64,000 nt of DNA from Akkermansiaceae bacterium (GTDB lineage Bacteria; Verrucomicrobiota; Verrucomicrobiia; Verrucomicrobiales; Akkermansiaceae), in NCBI GenBank assembly GCA_051251915.1, contig JBPOGF010000015.1, positions 50,951 to 114,950 on the forward strand. Direction: 5' to 3'. The position numbers were made by a program, and so were the translations under genes. Position 1 is the stretch's first letter. Each line of letters begins with the position of its first letter. The notes beneath the pieces were generated by a model. It was not told where the DNA came from. It did not search any database and worked only from the letters and a program-made list of their open reading frames with translations. This document shows positions 20,757 to 30,118 of the stretch, piece after piece.

Positions 20757-20791
20757 GACCAACCAATAAATGCGATCTTATCCCTAGTCAA

Positions 20792-20820
20792 TAAAAAATT
20801 AGCCTCGCCTAACTTTTTTA
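20792..20820. promoter_or_regulatory. Putative DtxR/MntR-family operator upstream of the metal ABC operon
   Basis: Imperfect palindrome taaaaaa-TTAGcctcgcCTAA-ctttttta next to a minus-strand TTGACT -35 element (20786-20791). Confidence 0.6.
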
Positions 20821-20892
20821 GCTCTTGCAAAAAAATACCCGTCCTCCAGCATCACTAGAAGACGAGTATTAAGTGTAAAAGGTGTAGTTAAC

Positions 20893-21711
20893 TTACTTAG
20901 CCAGTTTCTCCTGCATCGCTAGCATTGCGCGACGGAGTGACCAAGCGTTAGCCCGCTGGTCTTTAGATGAGTTAATCGCAGCTAGTGTGTTTTTAACCTT
21001 AGTTGCGAGTTCTCGATCTAGCGACTTAGGCTTAATCTCTAATACCGCAATTACTGCGAATTTATAAACTTTAGCACATGCTTTTTCGTTACCACCATTG
21101 AAAAGCTCCTTACCCAACTCCAATGCTTCAGCAATAATTTTAGCAGAGGCCGCATCTTTAGACGCATGCATTGGCTTACCAGGCTTTGTCGGTTTAGCTG
21201 GTGCCGGTTTAGGCTTAATAACAAGCCTAGGCATGAGAACACTGTCCACGACATGAATCACCCCATTTGATGCTACTATATCTGTAGAGATTACACGTGA
21301 GCTATTGATAAATAAAGCCGCGTCCTTGAATTGCACACGGAGCTTTTGCCCATTGAGAGTCGGTGCTTGTTTTAGTGTAACTGCTGTCGCACCATCTACT
21401 TTTTTTGCTACTACGTGATACTTCAGCACCTGTGCTAGCTGATCTTTATTTTCAGGCTTGAGCAGGTAATGTAGTTTCTCTTTCGGCAACTTTAGAAATG
21501 CCTTGTCAGAAGGAGCGAACACTGTGAATGGACCTTTTCCTTTCAGATCCTTGTCAATACCTGTGATCTCTAACGCCTTTGCCAAGATCTTAAAGTCTCC
21601 AGCAGCCAACGCTGTATCTACGATGTCTTTATCAGCGGCGTTGATATTTGATGCACCAAGTGCAAACATCCCAGTCAGGACGCAGAGTGTTTGTTGTAGT
21701 TGTTTTTTCAT
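20893..21711 (-). CDS. Exported fasciclin (FAS1) domain protein with extra C-terminal helical domain
   Basis: GPFTVFAPSDKAF, LKYHVV, SNGVIHVVDSVL; Pro/Lys linker. Confidence 0.92.
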   Translation of the reverse strand: MKKQLQQTLCVLTGMFALGASNINAADKDIVDTALAAGDFKILAKALEITGIDKDLKGKGPFTVFAPSDKAFLKLPKEKLHYLLKPENKDQLAQVLKYHVVAKKVDGATAVTLKQAPTLNGQKLRVQFKDAALFINSSRVISTDIVASNGVIHVVDSVLMPRLVIKPKPAPAKPTKPGKPMHASKDAASAKIIAEALELGKELFNGGNEKACAKVYKFAVIAVLEIKPKSLDRELATKVKNTLAAINSSKDQRANAWSLRRAMLAMQEKLAK

Positions 21712-21846
21712 ATTATAGTTAGTTTATTTCTTAGTTATAAAAGATTGCTGATTCTAAGTCGATATTGAAATCTCCATCATTTTTAACATAATGCAAGCAC
21801 TCATAACTAGCACTATTTTTAGTTATTGCGGACTATCCAACAACCT

Positions 21847-22551
21847 TCAGATGGTTCCAATAGGCTTCGGACGAGTGACCTCTACAGCACTACCATCCAC
21901 ATAAAAAACACTCCTCGGTTCAGCACCACATTTCTTAATAGCCGCTGCAACATCAGCCCCATACAGTTCAGCAAAGTCAAAATTAACTACTAAGTCATCC
22001 ATATCCCCCATTTTCCAAGCTCTATGAGTCACCTTAAACTCTAGTGTCTTCACTTCACTCACTCTTTTATAAGCCCAGAAATTATCACCTATAAATGCCT
22101 CTTCCGTCCCCGCCTCCCAGTCCTTTAGTCGACTATGGATCATCCCACCGAGAATATTCCCCTTTCCCCATCGGTAGTGAACACACATCCCATCACGCAT
22201 AAACTTTACCGGCATTACATGAATGTTTTCCTTAAATACAGTCCGCGCAATCCAAGCGGGAAGTCGGTGCGGGATGATTTCCTTGATGAACACCACTCCC
22301 CTACGCCACTCATCAGCCACTTTGCGCTTCACATAGATCCGCAGATTAATCTCCGGAAAATTACGATAAAAAGGCATGGGCACTCCACACAATCGAGTCT
22401 TACTAAACCCAAAAGCCACTACGCTTACCAGAGCCCTCCCATCATATAGATCTAGCTCGCACCCCACGGGAACATACTTATCTAAAAATTTAGCATCCAC
22501 TTCATAATTAGCCATAATCAAATCAGTCCAAATTGTTTGTATAAATTTCAT
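21847..22551 (-). CDS. DUF2071/YqjF family protein
   Basis: WTDLIMANY, LDLYDG, FPEINLRIYV, GVVFIKE. Confidence 0.85.
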   Translation of the reverse strand: MKFIQTIWTDLIMANYEVDAKFLDKYVPVGCELDLYDGRALVSVVAFGFSKTRLCGVPMPFYRNFPEINLRIYVKRKVADEWRRGVVFIKEIIPHRLPAWIARTVFKENIHVMPVKFMRDGMCVHYRWGKGNILGGMIHSRLKDWEAGTEEAFIGDNFWAYKRVSEVKTLEFKVTHRAWKMGDMDDLVVNFDFAELYGADVAAAIKKCGAEPRSVFYVDGSAVEVTRPKPIGTI

Positions 22552-22646
22552 CTTTATCTGCTCGTTATTAATTTTCAGTAAATACTGAAAATACCATATT
22601 GTCTATACATTTATAAAATTTGCAGAAAAAATGTCACATGATGGCT

Positions 22647-22675
22647 TTGACACTCTAGCAATATCTCTTTATACG
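22647..22675 (+). promoter_or_regulatory. Sigma70-type promoter of serA
   Basis: TTGACA-17 nt-TATACG, ending 9 nt before ATG 22685. Confidence 0.6.
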
Positions 22676-22684
22676 CACACGCAC

Positions 22685-24298
22685 ATGACTACTATGACTG
22701 CAAAACGCATCCTCGTCTCCGATCCTATTTCTGAAAAAGGAGTAGACGCTATCAACGCCCACCCGGACCTAACAGCCGATTTCAAAACAGGCCTAAGCCC
22801 TGAAGAACTCATTGCCATCATCGGTGAATACGATGGACTAGTAGTCCGTTCGCAGACCAAAGTGACACGTGAAGTTCTCGCCGCCGCCACTAAACTCAAA
22901 GTCATCGGCAGAGCTGGTGTAGGTGTTGATAACATCGACCGCGACGCTGCCACAGATCACGGAGTCATTGTAATGAACACTCCTACAGGCAACACCATTT
23001 CCACCGCAGAACTCGCGTTCACCCTTATGCTCTCCACTGCGAGAAACATCGCGCACGGACACAACGGAGTCATCTCAGGCGACTTCCCCGCTGCGCGTAA
23101 AGCATTCAAAGGAATCGAACTCAACGAAAAACGCCTTGCCGTAATCGGCATGGGCCGCATCGGTTCAGAATTCGCCAAGCGCGCTCAGGCATTCAACATG
23201 ACTGTTGTCGCCTTCGACCCATTCCTCACACCTGCACGTGCGGAGCAACTCAAAGTAGAACTCGCTGAGACACCAGCTGCAGCCCTCACAGGAGCAGATG
23301 TAGTCACACTCCACGTTCCTCTCACAGATGATACCAAGCACATCCTTAACGAAGAGCGCCTCGCCTTAATGAACAAAGGAGCCATCGTCGTCAACTGCGC
23401 TCGCGGTGGACTCATCGATGAAGTAGCTCTCAAAGCAGCGATCGACTCTGGCCACATCGCAGGCTGCGGACTCGATGTCTACGAAGAAGAGCCACCATCA
23501 GCAGATCACCCACTCTTCACCCTAGGCAAACACACCGCCTTCACCCCACACCTCGGAGCTTCTACAAATGAAGCCCAGGAAAACGTCGGTATCCAGGTAG
23601 CTGAGCAAGTCAGAGATTTCCTCTCTACAGGCGAAATCAGAAACGCCATTAACATGCCATCACTAGATGCAGCCGCACTCTCAGAAGTAGGTCACTACCT
23701 CGAACTCGCTTCATCTCTAGGTAAATTCCTAGCCAAGCTCGGACCAGCAAACCCAGACTCACTCCGCGTTTCATACCACGGAGACATCGGCCAAAAAGAC
23801 ACCGCTCTCGTTTCACGCACCGTCCTCACAGGCTACCTCGAAGCAGCCCGCGCTGACGGCCAAGTAAACATCGTCAACGCCACTGCATTCGCCAAAGAAA
23901 TGGGGCTCAACCTCACAGAGTCTACTATCAACGCAACCACAGACTTCTCAGAGCTCATCGTAGTTGAACTCGTAAAAGGTGGAGAAAAATTCCGCCTTGC
24001 TGGAACAGTCCTCGGAAAATCTGCTCACATTGTTGAGATAGACAAACTATTCGTCGACACCAACATCAAAGGTAAATTCCTCTTCGTCCGCAATGACGAC
24101 TCACCAGGAATCGTCGGCCACGTTGGCTCAGTCTTAGGCAAAAACGGCCTAAACATCGCCAACTTATCCCTAGCACGCAACAAATCAGAAGGCAATGCCC
24201 TCAACGTAATCGAGCTAGACTCAACACCAAGTGCTGAAGTCATCAAAGAAATCGAAAGCTTCAAAGGCATCATTTCAGTAAAATCTATCGAAGTTTAA
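22685..24298 (+). CDS. serA: D-3-phosphoglycerate dehydrogenase (long type with ASB and ACT domains)
   Basis: GRAGVGVDNID, GMGRIG, TPHLGAST, C-terminal ACT (NDDSPGIVGHVG); start at 22685 or 22694. Confidence 0.96.
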   Translation: MTTMTAKRILVSDPISEKGVDAINAHPDLTADFKTGLSPEELIAIIGEYDGLVVRSQTKVTREVLAAATKLKVIGRAGVGVDNIDRDAATDHGVIVMNTPTGNTISTAELAFTLMLSTARNIAHGHNGVISGDFPAARKAFKGIELNEKRLAVIGMGRIGSEFAKRAQAFNMTVVAFDPFLTPARAEQLKVELAETPAAALTGADVVTLHVPLTDDTKHILNEERLALMNKGAIVVNCARGGLIDEVALKAAIDSGHIAGCGLDVYEEEPPSADHPLFTLGKHTAFTPHLGASTNEAQENVGIQVAEQVRDFLSTGEIRNAINMPSLDAAALSEVGHYLELASSLGKFLAKLGPANPDSLRVSYHGDIGQKDTALVSRTVLTGYLEAARADGQVNIVNATAFAKEMGLNLTESTINATTDFSELIVVELVKGGEKFRLAGTVLGKSAHIVEIDKLFVDTNIKGKFLFVRNDDSPGIVGHVGSVLGKNGLNIANLSLARNKSEGNALNVIELDSTPSAEVIKEIESFKGIISVKSIEV

Positions 24299-24323
24299 AA
24301 TCACTTCCAAACCGTCTTTATCC

Positions 24324-24356
24324 AAAGCGTAGGTGTTCTTCACCTACGCTTTTTTC
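24324..24356 (+). terminator. Intrinsic terminator after serA
   Basis: aaagcgtaggtg-ttctt-cacctacgcttt plus T tract. Confidence 0.85.
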
Positions 24357-24407
24357 TTTGTCTAGATCAGCATAGCCCCCTATTTATACTTACAGCTAAA
24401 AACTGAT

Positions 24408-26027
24408 ATGCTCAAAAGACTGCTCACATTAATTAGTAATAAGAAGGAACAAGCCGACCATAGCCCTCTTGATATGAAAGCGCGGGCTACTACCAAAGTT
24501 AAAATGAACCATGGAGTCTTTGAATTCACATCTGAAAACACCAACACCAAGAAATTACCAAATGATAATCTAGCTCACCACCTTTTAAGATGCACCCTAG
24601 CATTCATAAATCACCCTCAAGACTCCCACCTAAACAATCAAGTAGAACACGCTTTAATAAACCTAAACTCAAATGAGTGGGTTTCCCTAGATTCCGAATA
24701 TCGTAAAGCCGCATCAGCATTCATCCGCTGGGAAACCAAAGACTTCTTCCTCGATAAGCTCAAATCGATCAACTCCATTAATCTCACACAAGTTCTAACA
24801 ATGTGGCCAAATGGGTATGTAAGAGAAGAAGCCACCAGACTACTCGGACAAGCTCCATCCGGCCATAACATCCCATTTCTCTTACTAAGACTTAACGACT
24901 GGACTGAGCCTGTCTATCTCACGGCAAAAGAATCCCTACTTACGACTCTAGAGTCTGCACAAAAATCACAAATCATAGAGTATTTACCATTATTAATCAG
25001 ACTAAAACTGTGCCGCCGACACCTAACTGAAAAATCTTACCAAAATATAGCACAAGCTTTCAGAGCCCAACTTAGCCAAACCACCCTATTAGCTCAACTC
25101 AGTAGCTCACAAGCCAGAGCAGCTGCAGAACTACTTTGGGATTCAAAACCGTTAACCATTGAGGCTCTGTATGCTCTCTGCAATGCAGCAGATCCTTTCA
25201 TTAAATTCAAAACACTCAGAGATCATGTTCCCAAACTTGAACCAAAAAGCCAGGAAGCCCTCCTCCTTTCACTCCCCAGAACTAAATGGACGCCAGCAAA
25301 ACTAGAACGACTCCGACTACTGCATAACCTCAATTCACCAGCCATTCAAAACGAATGGATACAAGGCTTAACTGATGGTAGCTTGTCTGTTAGGCAGCAC
25401 TGTCGATTCTATTTAAAACGATTATCGTTCACTATCGAGAAACATTACATCAACCGATTCCGAAACTCCTCACCAACAGCCCAAAAACACGCCCTTTATG
25501 GCCTAGTCGAGATAAGAAGTGACCAAGCCTCCTCCTATCTTAAACAGTGGCTTGAATCCAATAATCCCATTAGAATAGCTGCGGCCCTCAACCTGATTGA
25601 TAGCAACCTAGCACAGAAATACCAATCACTCATCGTAGAATCCCTCCAAAGCCAAATTGCACCACTCCGCAAGGCCGCCTACATTGCAGGACTTCAGCTA
25701 AATAAACCTGAATCCTTTGAACCAATAGCCTGGGATAAAACTCTACCAATTGAAAATCAACGCTACGCGGCAAAGCTCATCAGAAACTCTGAACTTTGGT
25801 ATTCGTTGCTACAAATACTCAAGTTGCTACATCATCCAGACCAACTTATTCGCTCCTCCGCAATACATAGCCTAGAAAAGACAGCTCACAAATTCTCTAA
25901 TTCATTCACACGACCAAATAAACAGTTAGCAACAAGCATTCTACTACACCTAGATAAATGCCAGTCGCTCGTATCCACACAGATGGCTAAAACTATAAAG
26001 TTTTTCACACAAGATCGGATCTCATAG
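24408..26027 (+). CDS. Hypothetical alpha-helical (HEAT-repeat-like) protein
   Basis: NGYVREEATRLL...PFLLLRLNDW motif; Leu-rich helical repeats. Confidence 0.6.
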   Translation: MLKRLLTLISNKKEQADHSPLDMKARATTKVKMNHGVFEFTSENTNTKKLPNDNLAHHLLRCTLAFINHPQDSHLNNQVEHALINLNSNEWVSLDSEYRKAASAFIRWETKDFFLDKLKSINSINLTQVLTMWPNGYVREEATRLLGQAPSGHNIPFLLLRLNDWTEPVYLTAKESLLTTLESAQKSQIIEYLPLLIRLKLCRRHLTEKSYQNIAQAFRAQLSQTTLLAQLSSSQARAAAELLWDSKPLTIEALYALCNAADPFIKFKTLRDHVPKLEPKSQEALLLSLPRTKWTPAKLERLRLLHNLNSPAIQNEWIQGLTDGSLSVRQHCRFYLKRLSFTIEKHYINRFRNSSPTAQKHALYGLVEIRSDQASSYLKQWLESNNPIRIAAALNLIDSNLAQKYQSLIVESLQSQIAPLRKAAYIAGLQLNKPESFEPIAWDKTLPIENQRYAAKLIRNSELWYSLLQILKLLHHPDQLIRSSAIHSLEKTAHKFSNSFTRPNKQLATSILLHLDKCQSLVSTQMAKTIKFFTQDRIS

Positions 26028-26126
26028 ATTCCGACAAATAGCAAAATTGATGTAAAAAAAGATTGCAACTTCGTGGAGAGAAGACTAGATTCCCGCCGCG
26101 TGACAACAACAACGTCACCGATACGT

Positions 26127-26202
26127 GCAGGATTAGCTCAGTTGGTAGAGCAGTACCTTGACATGGTAAAGGTCACTGGTTCAAATCCAGTATCTTGCAC
26201 CA
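26127..26202 (+). tRNA. tRNA-Val(GAC)
   Basis: 76 nt: GCAGGAT acceptor stem, AGCTCAGTTGGTAGAGC D-arm, anticodon loop TTGACAT, GGTTCAAATCC T-arm, encoded CCA; upstream TTGCAA-17-TAGATT promoter. Confidence 0.98.
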
Positions 26203-26215
26203 TCATTTTCCAACA

Positions 26216-26253
26216 AAAGAGGCTTACGAGAAATCGTAAGCCTCTTTATTTTT
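26216..26253 (+). terminator. Intrinsic terminator after tRNA-Val
   Basis: aaagaggcttacga-gaaa-tcgtaagcctcttt. Confidence 0.85.
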
Positions 26254-26367
26254 GCCTAACGCATCGATAAATAAAAAGCCAAACCATCATAAACTGACTC
26301 ATTTTCCTGCTTATTTTAGTGTTTTACACTTCCCTTGTTGGCTAATTGGTATTTGACTCCTCACATC

Positions 26368-26661
26368 ATGTCTAAAGATCATATTGATGTAAATTATGTG
26401 GCTAATTTAGCCCGACTAAACCTCACTGAAGAAGAATCCACTACGTTCCAACGCCAGATCGAAGATATTCTTGGCTATATTGAAAAACTTGAGGAACTCG
26501 ACATCGATGACATCGAGCCTACCGCACACGCGGCACCTGTATACGACCGCATCCGTGAAGATATCACTAAGCCCAGCCTGGAGCGAGAAGCATTCCTCAA
26601 CATCGCCCCAGATGTCATCAACGATCAACTAAAGGTGCCTAAGGTCATCGAAGAACTTTAA
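26368..26661 (+). CDS. gatC: Asp/Glu-tRNA amidotransferase subunit C
   Basis: VNYVANLARLNL...IEPTAH...REDI...KVPKVI; directly upstream of gatA. Confidence 0.95.
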   Translation: MSKDHIDVNYVANLARLNLTEEESTTFQRQIEDILGYIEKLEELDIDDIEPTAHAAPVYDRIREDITKPSLEREAFLNIAPDVINDQLKVPKVIEEL

Positions 26662-26688
26662 TTTTCATCCCCTACTACATTTACCATC

Positions 26689-28122
26689 ATGAGCCTCGCT
26701 TCACTTTCTATTACAGAACTACGCCAGCAACTAACTGCCGGCACCATCACTCCAATTCAAATTATCGATGACATCGAGAAAGCTGTCCTAGCCAAAGACC
26801 CTGAGATCAAAGCTTACCTAAGCTACGATTTTGATAAAGCTAGGGAAATGGCAGCCAATGCAGACCTTTCCCTACCCCTCGGCGGGATCCCTATCGGAAT
26901 CAAGGACAACATCAACACTCTTGGTGAGCCATGCACTTGTGCATCCCAGTTTCTAGTTGACTCCTACGTAGCTCCCTATGATGCCACAGTCATTACCAAA
27001 CTCAAAGCAGCTGGAGCCATCCCTCTCGGCAGAATGAACATGGACGAATTCGCCATGGGTTCAACAACTGGCAACTCATCGATCCAACGCACCAATAACC
27101 CACACGACGTAGAACGCGTTCCTGGTGGTTCATCAGGTGGATCTGCAGCAGCTGTAGCATCTAACACAGCTATCGCGACTCTCGGATCAGACACTGGCGG
27201 ATCCATCCGTCAGCCTGCATCTCACTGCGGCATCGTTGGCTTAAAGCCATCCTACGGTCGGGTTTCCCGCTACGGATTAGTCGCATTTGCCTCTTCATTA
27301 GATCAAATTGGCCCTTGTACCAAGACAGTAGCTGATGCCGCCCTCATCCTGAATGCCATTTGCGGTCCTGATGAAATGGATAGCACTTCACTTCAGATCG
27401 ATACACCTGACTTCACAGAAGATCTAAATTCAGGTGTTGCAGGTCTCAAACTAGGCATCCCAAAAGAATACTTCACCGAGGGGATGGATCCATCTGTTAG
27501 AGACGTAGTGAATGCCGCCATAGAAAAACTCAAGTCCGCAGGAGCTGAAATCGTAGATATATCACTACCCCATACTGAATACGCCGTTGCCACTTATTAC
27601 ATTATCGCACCAGCTGAAGCATCATCAAACCTCTCAAGATTCGATGGAATCCGCTACGGAAACCGCGCTCAGCAATCTGGTAATCTTATCGACCTCTATA
27701 AGGATTCACGCTCCGCTGGATTTGGCTCAGAGGTTAAGCGTAGAATCATCCTAGGAACTTATGCTCTATCATCTGGATACGATCATAAATATTATAACAA
27801 GGCGCAAAAAGTAAGAACACTCATCCGCCAAGATTTCACCAATGCATTTGAACAGGTAGATGCCATCCTCACTCCCGTAGCCCCACATGCTGCTCCTAAG
27901 CATGGTGAGAACAGCGACGATCCACTAAAAGAATATTTGGAAGATATCTGCACCATTGCAGCAAACCTTGCAGGTATCCCAGGGATCTCAGTTCCAGCCG
28001 GAACAGTCACCCCAGCAGACCAACCTGAGGTAAAGCTACCTGTTGGATTACAGATATTAGGTCCTCACCTAGGCGAGCAAGTTATGCTAAAAGTAGCACA
28101 AGAGTTAGAAAACAATTCATAA
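26689..28122 (+). CDS. gatA: Asp/Glu-tRNA amidotransferase subunit A
   Basis: Amidase signature GGSSGGSAA, GSDTGGSIRQPA, SSNLSRFDGIRYG, EVKRRIILG. Confidence 0.97.
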   Translation: MSLASLSITELRQQLTAGTITPIQIIDDIEKAVLAKDPEIKAYLSYDFDKAREMAANADLSLPLGGIPIGIKDNINTLGEPCTCASQFLVDSYVAPYDATVITKLKAAGAIPLGRMNMDEFAMGSTTGNSSIQRTNNPHDVERVPGGSSGGSAAAVASNTAIATLGSDTGGSIRQPASHCGIVGLKPSYGRVSRYGLVAFASSLDQIGPCTKTVADAALILNAICGPDEMDSTSLQIDTPDFTEDLNSGVAGLKLGIPKEYFTEGMDPSVRDVVNAAIEKLKSAGAEIVDISLPHTEYAVATYYIIAPAEASSNLSRFDGIRYGNRAQQSGNLIDLYKDSRSAGFGSEVKRRIILGTYALSSGYDHKYYNKAQKVRTLIRQDFTNAFEQVDAILTPVAPHAAPKHGENSDDPLKEYLEDICTIAANLAGIPGISVPAGTVTPADQPEVKLPVGLQILGPHLGEQVMLKVAQELENNS

Positions 28123-28220
28123 TGATGATGCAATCCTCTCATTTTTTAAAATTCTAACAGTTTTATTTTGACAGCCTAAGTTTTTTTTAGTTTCATGTTA
28201 ATCTCACCGCGCAATCAACT

Positions 28221-28481
28221 ATGAAATCTAAAAAAAATTTAACTCGCTTTACTTACGAGACTACTGCTTTCCAGGGATGGAGACTATGTCTAAGCCGCAC
28301 AGGAACCACATTCACTAAATATTTTTCTGATAAAAAATACGGTAGCGAGCGAAAGGCCCTCAAAGTTGCGGAAACTACTAGAAATGAACTTGCTGAACTG
28401 CTCGACAACTCACGTAAAGTTAATGGCAAGCTCAGCCAGACCACAACAAATAAAGCCAAAAAGCTTCTCAACAACGCTTAA
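28221..28481 (+). CDS. Small basic protein, possibly AP2-like DNA-binding
   Basis: GWRLCLSRTGTTFTKYFSDKKYG..ALKVA..R pattern; TTGACA upstream and terminator downstream. Confidence 0.65.
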   Translation: MKSKKNLTRFTYETTAFQGWRLCLSRTGTTFTKYFSDKKYGSERKALKVAETTRNELAELLDNSRKVNGKLSQTTTNKAKKLLNNA

Positions 28482-28539
28482 CTAAAACAAACAACACCCT
28501 CCTCAAGACCGTTATTCATTAGTAATTTAATAATTAGAG

Positions 28540-28569
28540 AAACCTCTAGGTAAACCCTAGAGGTTTTTT
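28540..28569. terminator. Bidirectional terminator between convergent genes
   Basis: aaacctctagg-taaac-cctagaggttt. Confidence 0.8.
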
Positions 28570-28587
28570 GTTAGATAAAATAAGTAT

Positions 28588-29571
28588 CTAAACACTTATC
28601 ATCCCTTTATCTAGCATAAATCGGGTAATTGTATAACTTAAATAGAACAATAGCAAGACAGCTCCTTCTAATTTGCTTAACCTGCCTCGACTCCACATCA
28701 TAGGAGTGATGATTACCAGAATGCCGAGCATTACCCCCAGATCCATCCAGTTGATATTCGTAGCGGAGAGAGATTTCACCATCGCCGTGATACCAATAAC
28801 GGCTAAAATATTAAAAATACAAGAACCTACTGCATTCCCTGTGATGATATCACCCTGCCCTTTTCTAGCTGCCACGATCGAAGTCGCAAGCTCTGGTAAA
28901 GATGTTCCAAAGGCCAATAGTATCAGCCCAATGATAGCTTCAGAAACCCCGAACTCTACCGCCACAATGGAGCCGTGCTCTACAAGCCATTGTGAACCAA
29001 ATTTAAGAGCCACCAGGCCGATTGTAATCCATACAAAACTAAGAACCAAATCACGCGAACTTGAGTTCTTAGCCTTCTCTATTTCCTCCGCACTGAAATC
29101 ACCAGAGCTCTCAACCCCTACTTCATCCTTAGATTGCCTTAGACTAGAAAAAACATAAGCTACAATACCGCCAAATAAGACCCAACCTTCCCATCTAACA
29201 ACCTGCTTATCAATTAACATGAGTGCAAACACAGTGCTCGCTGCGAGCAAAATAGGAATCTCTCTCCGGATAATTTGACGGTGAATCACAATCGGCCGTA
29301 TCAATGCTCCCACACCTAAAATTAACGCAATATTACAAATGTTAGATCCAATAATCGTCCCAAATGCTTGATCCGGGCTACCATTGGCATTCGCTTGCAA
29401 GCAAACTAGTAACTCAGGAGCACTCGTACCAAAGGCCACCACAGTTAGGCCAACTACAAGTGGAGACACTCCGAATTTCAGTGAAATTTCAGATGCTCCT
29501 CTCACAAGATACTCTGCTCCATAAAAAAGCGCCACGAAGCCGGCTAGAATGTATAAATAATGATCAACCAT
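28588..29571 (-). CDS. Calcium/sodium antiporter (CaCA, YrbG family)
   Basis: Two alpha repeats GTSAPEL and GTSLPEL, GSNICN; start uncertain (29571, 29595 or 29610). Confidence 0.93.
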   Translation of the reverse strand: MVDHYLYILAGFVALFYGAEYLVRGASEISLKFGVSPLVVGLTVVAFGTSAPELLVCLQANANGSPDQAFGTIIGSNICNIALILGVGALIRPIVIHRQIIRREIPILLAASTVFALMLIDKQVVRWEGWVLFGGIVAYVFSSLRQSKDEVGVESSGDFSAEEIEKAKNSSSRDLVLSFVWITIGLVALKFGSQWLVEHGSIVAVEFGVSEAIIGLILLAFGTSLPELATSIVAARKGQGDIITGNAVGSCIFNILAVIGITAMVKSLSATNINWMDLGVMLGILVIITPMMWSRGRLSKLEGAVLLLFYLSYTITRFMLDKGMISV

Positions 29572-29724
29572 TTCTCGATGAATTTGTTTAGTCATCAAGT
29601 AATGCACCACCGTCTATATAGCGACTATATTTTCAATCAGAATGTTTTTTTTGACCAAACCATTCTTTAAACTAGCGCATCAACGATTTAGCGATTATCC
29701 TTTGCAGGAACAACAACCACACCA

Positions 29725-30090
29725 ATGATTACACTCACAGACAATGCAGCTAAAGAGCTTAAAAGCATCATCCTGAAACATACAGATAGCCAAAATGCGG
29801 GACTAAGACTCTCAGTTTCCAAAGGTGGCTGTGCAGGAATGCAATACGTCATGCAGGTGGAACCATCTCAAGAAGGCGACCAACTTATCGTGAAGGATGG
29901 AGCGCGTGTTTATCTCGCACCTGACAGCTTCGAGTATTTAAAAGGATGTGAAGTCTACTACGAATACGGACTTACTGATTCAGGCTTCAAAATCCGTAAC
30001 CCTAATGCTGCACGTTCTTGCGGATGTGGCACATCTTTTGAAGCTGTCGGAGAAGAAGGAACTTATGATCCTACTGACGACTGCAAGTAA
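29725..30090 (+). CDS. A-type Fe-S cluster carrier (HesB/IscA family)
   Basis: GGCAGMQY, NPNAARSCGCGTSF. Confidence 0.95.
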   Translation: MITLTDNAAKELKSIILKHTDSQNAGLRLSVSKGGCAGMQYVMQVEPSQEGDQLIVKDGARVYLAPDSFEYLKGCEVYYEYGLTDSGFKIRNPNAARSCGCGTSFEAVGEEGTYDPTDDCK

Positions 30091-30118
30091 TACCACCTCA
30101 TAAACCCTCCGCTTTATT

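Noticed and set aside
26073..26270. 65-aa ORF
   Set aside because: Overlaps tRNA-Val and its terminator.
26127..26360. Genomic island integrated at tRNA-Val
   Set aside because: No integrase and no duplicated tRNA 3' end seen; core genes gatCA follow directly.
26368..28122. gatCA without adjacent gatB
   Set aside because: A separate gatB is common; not informative from one window.
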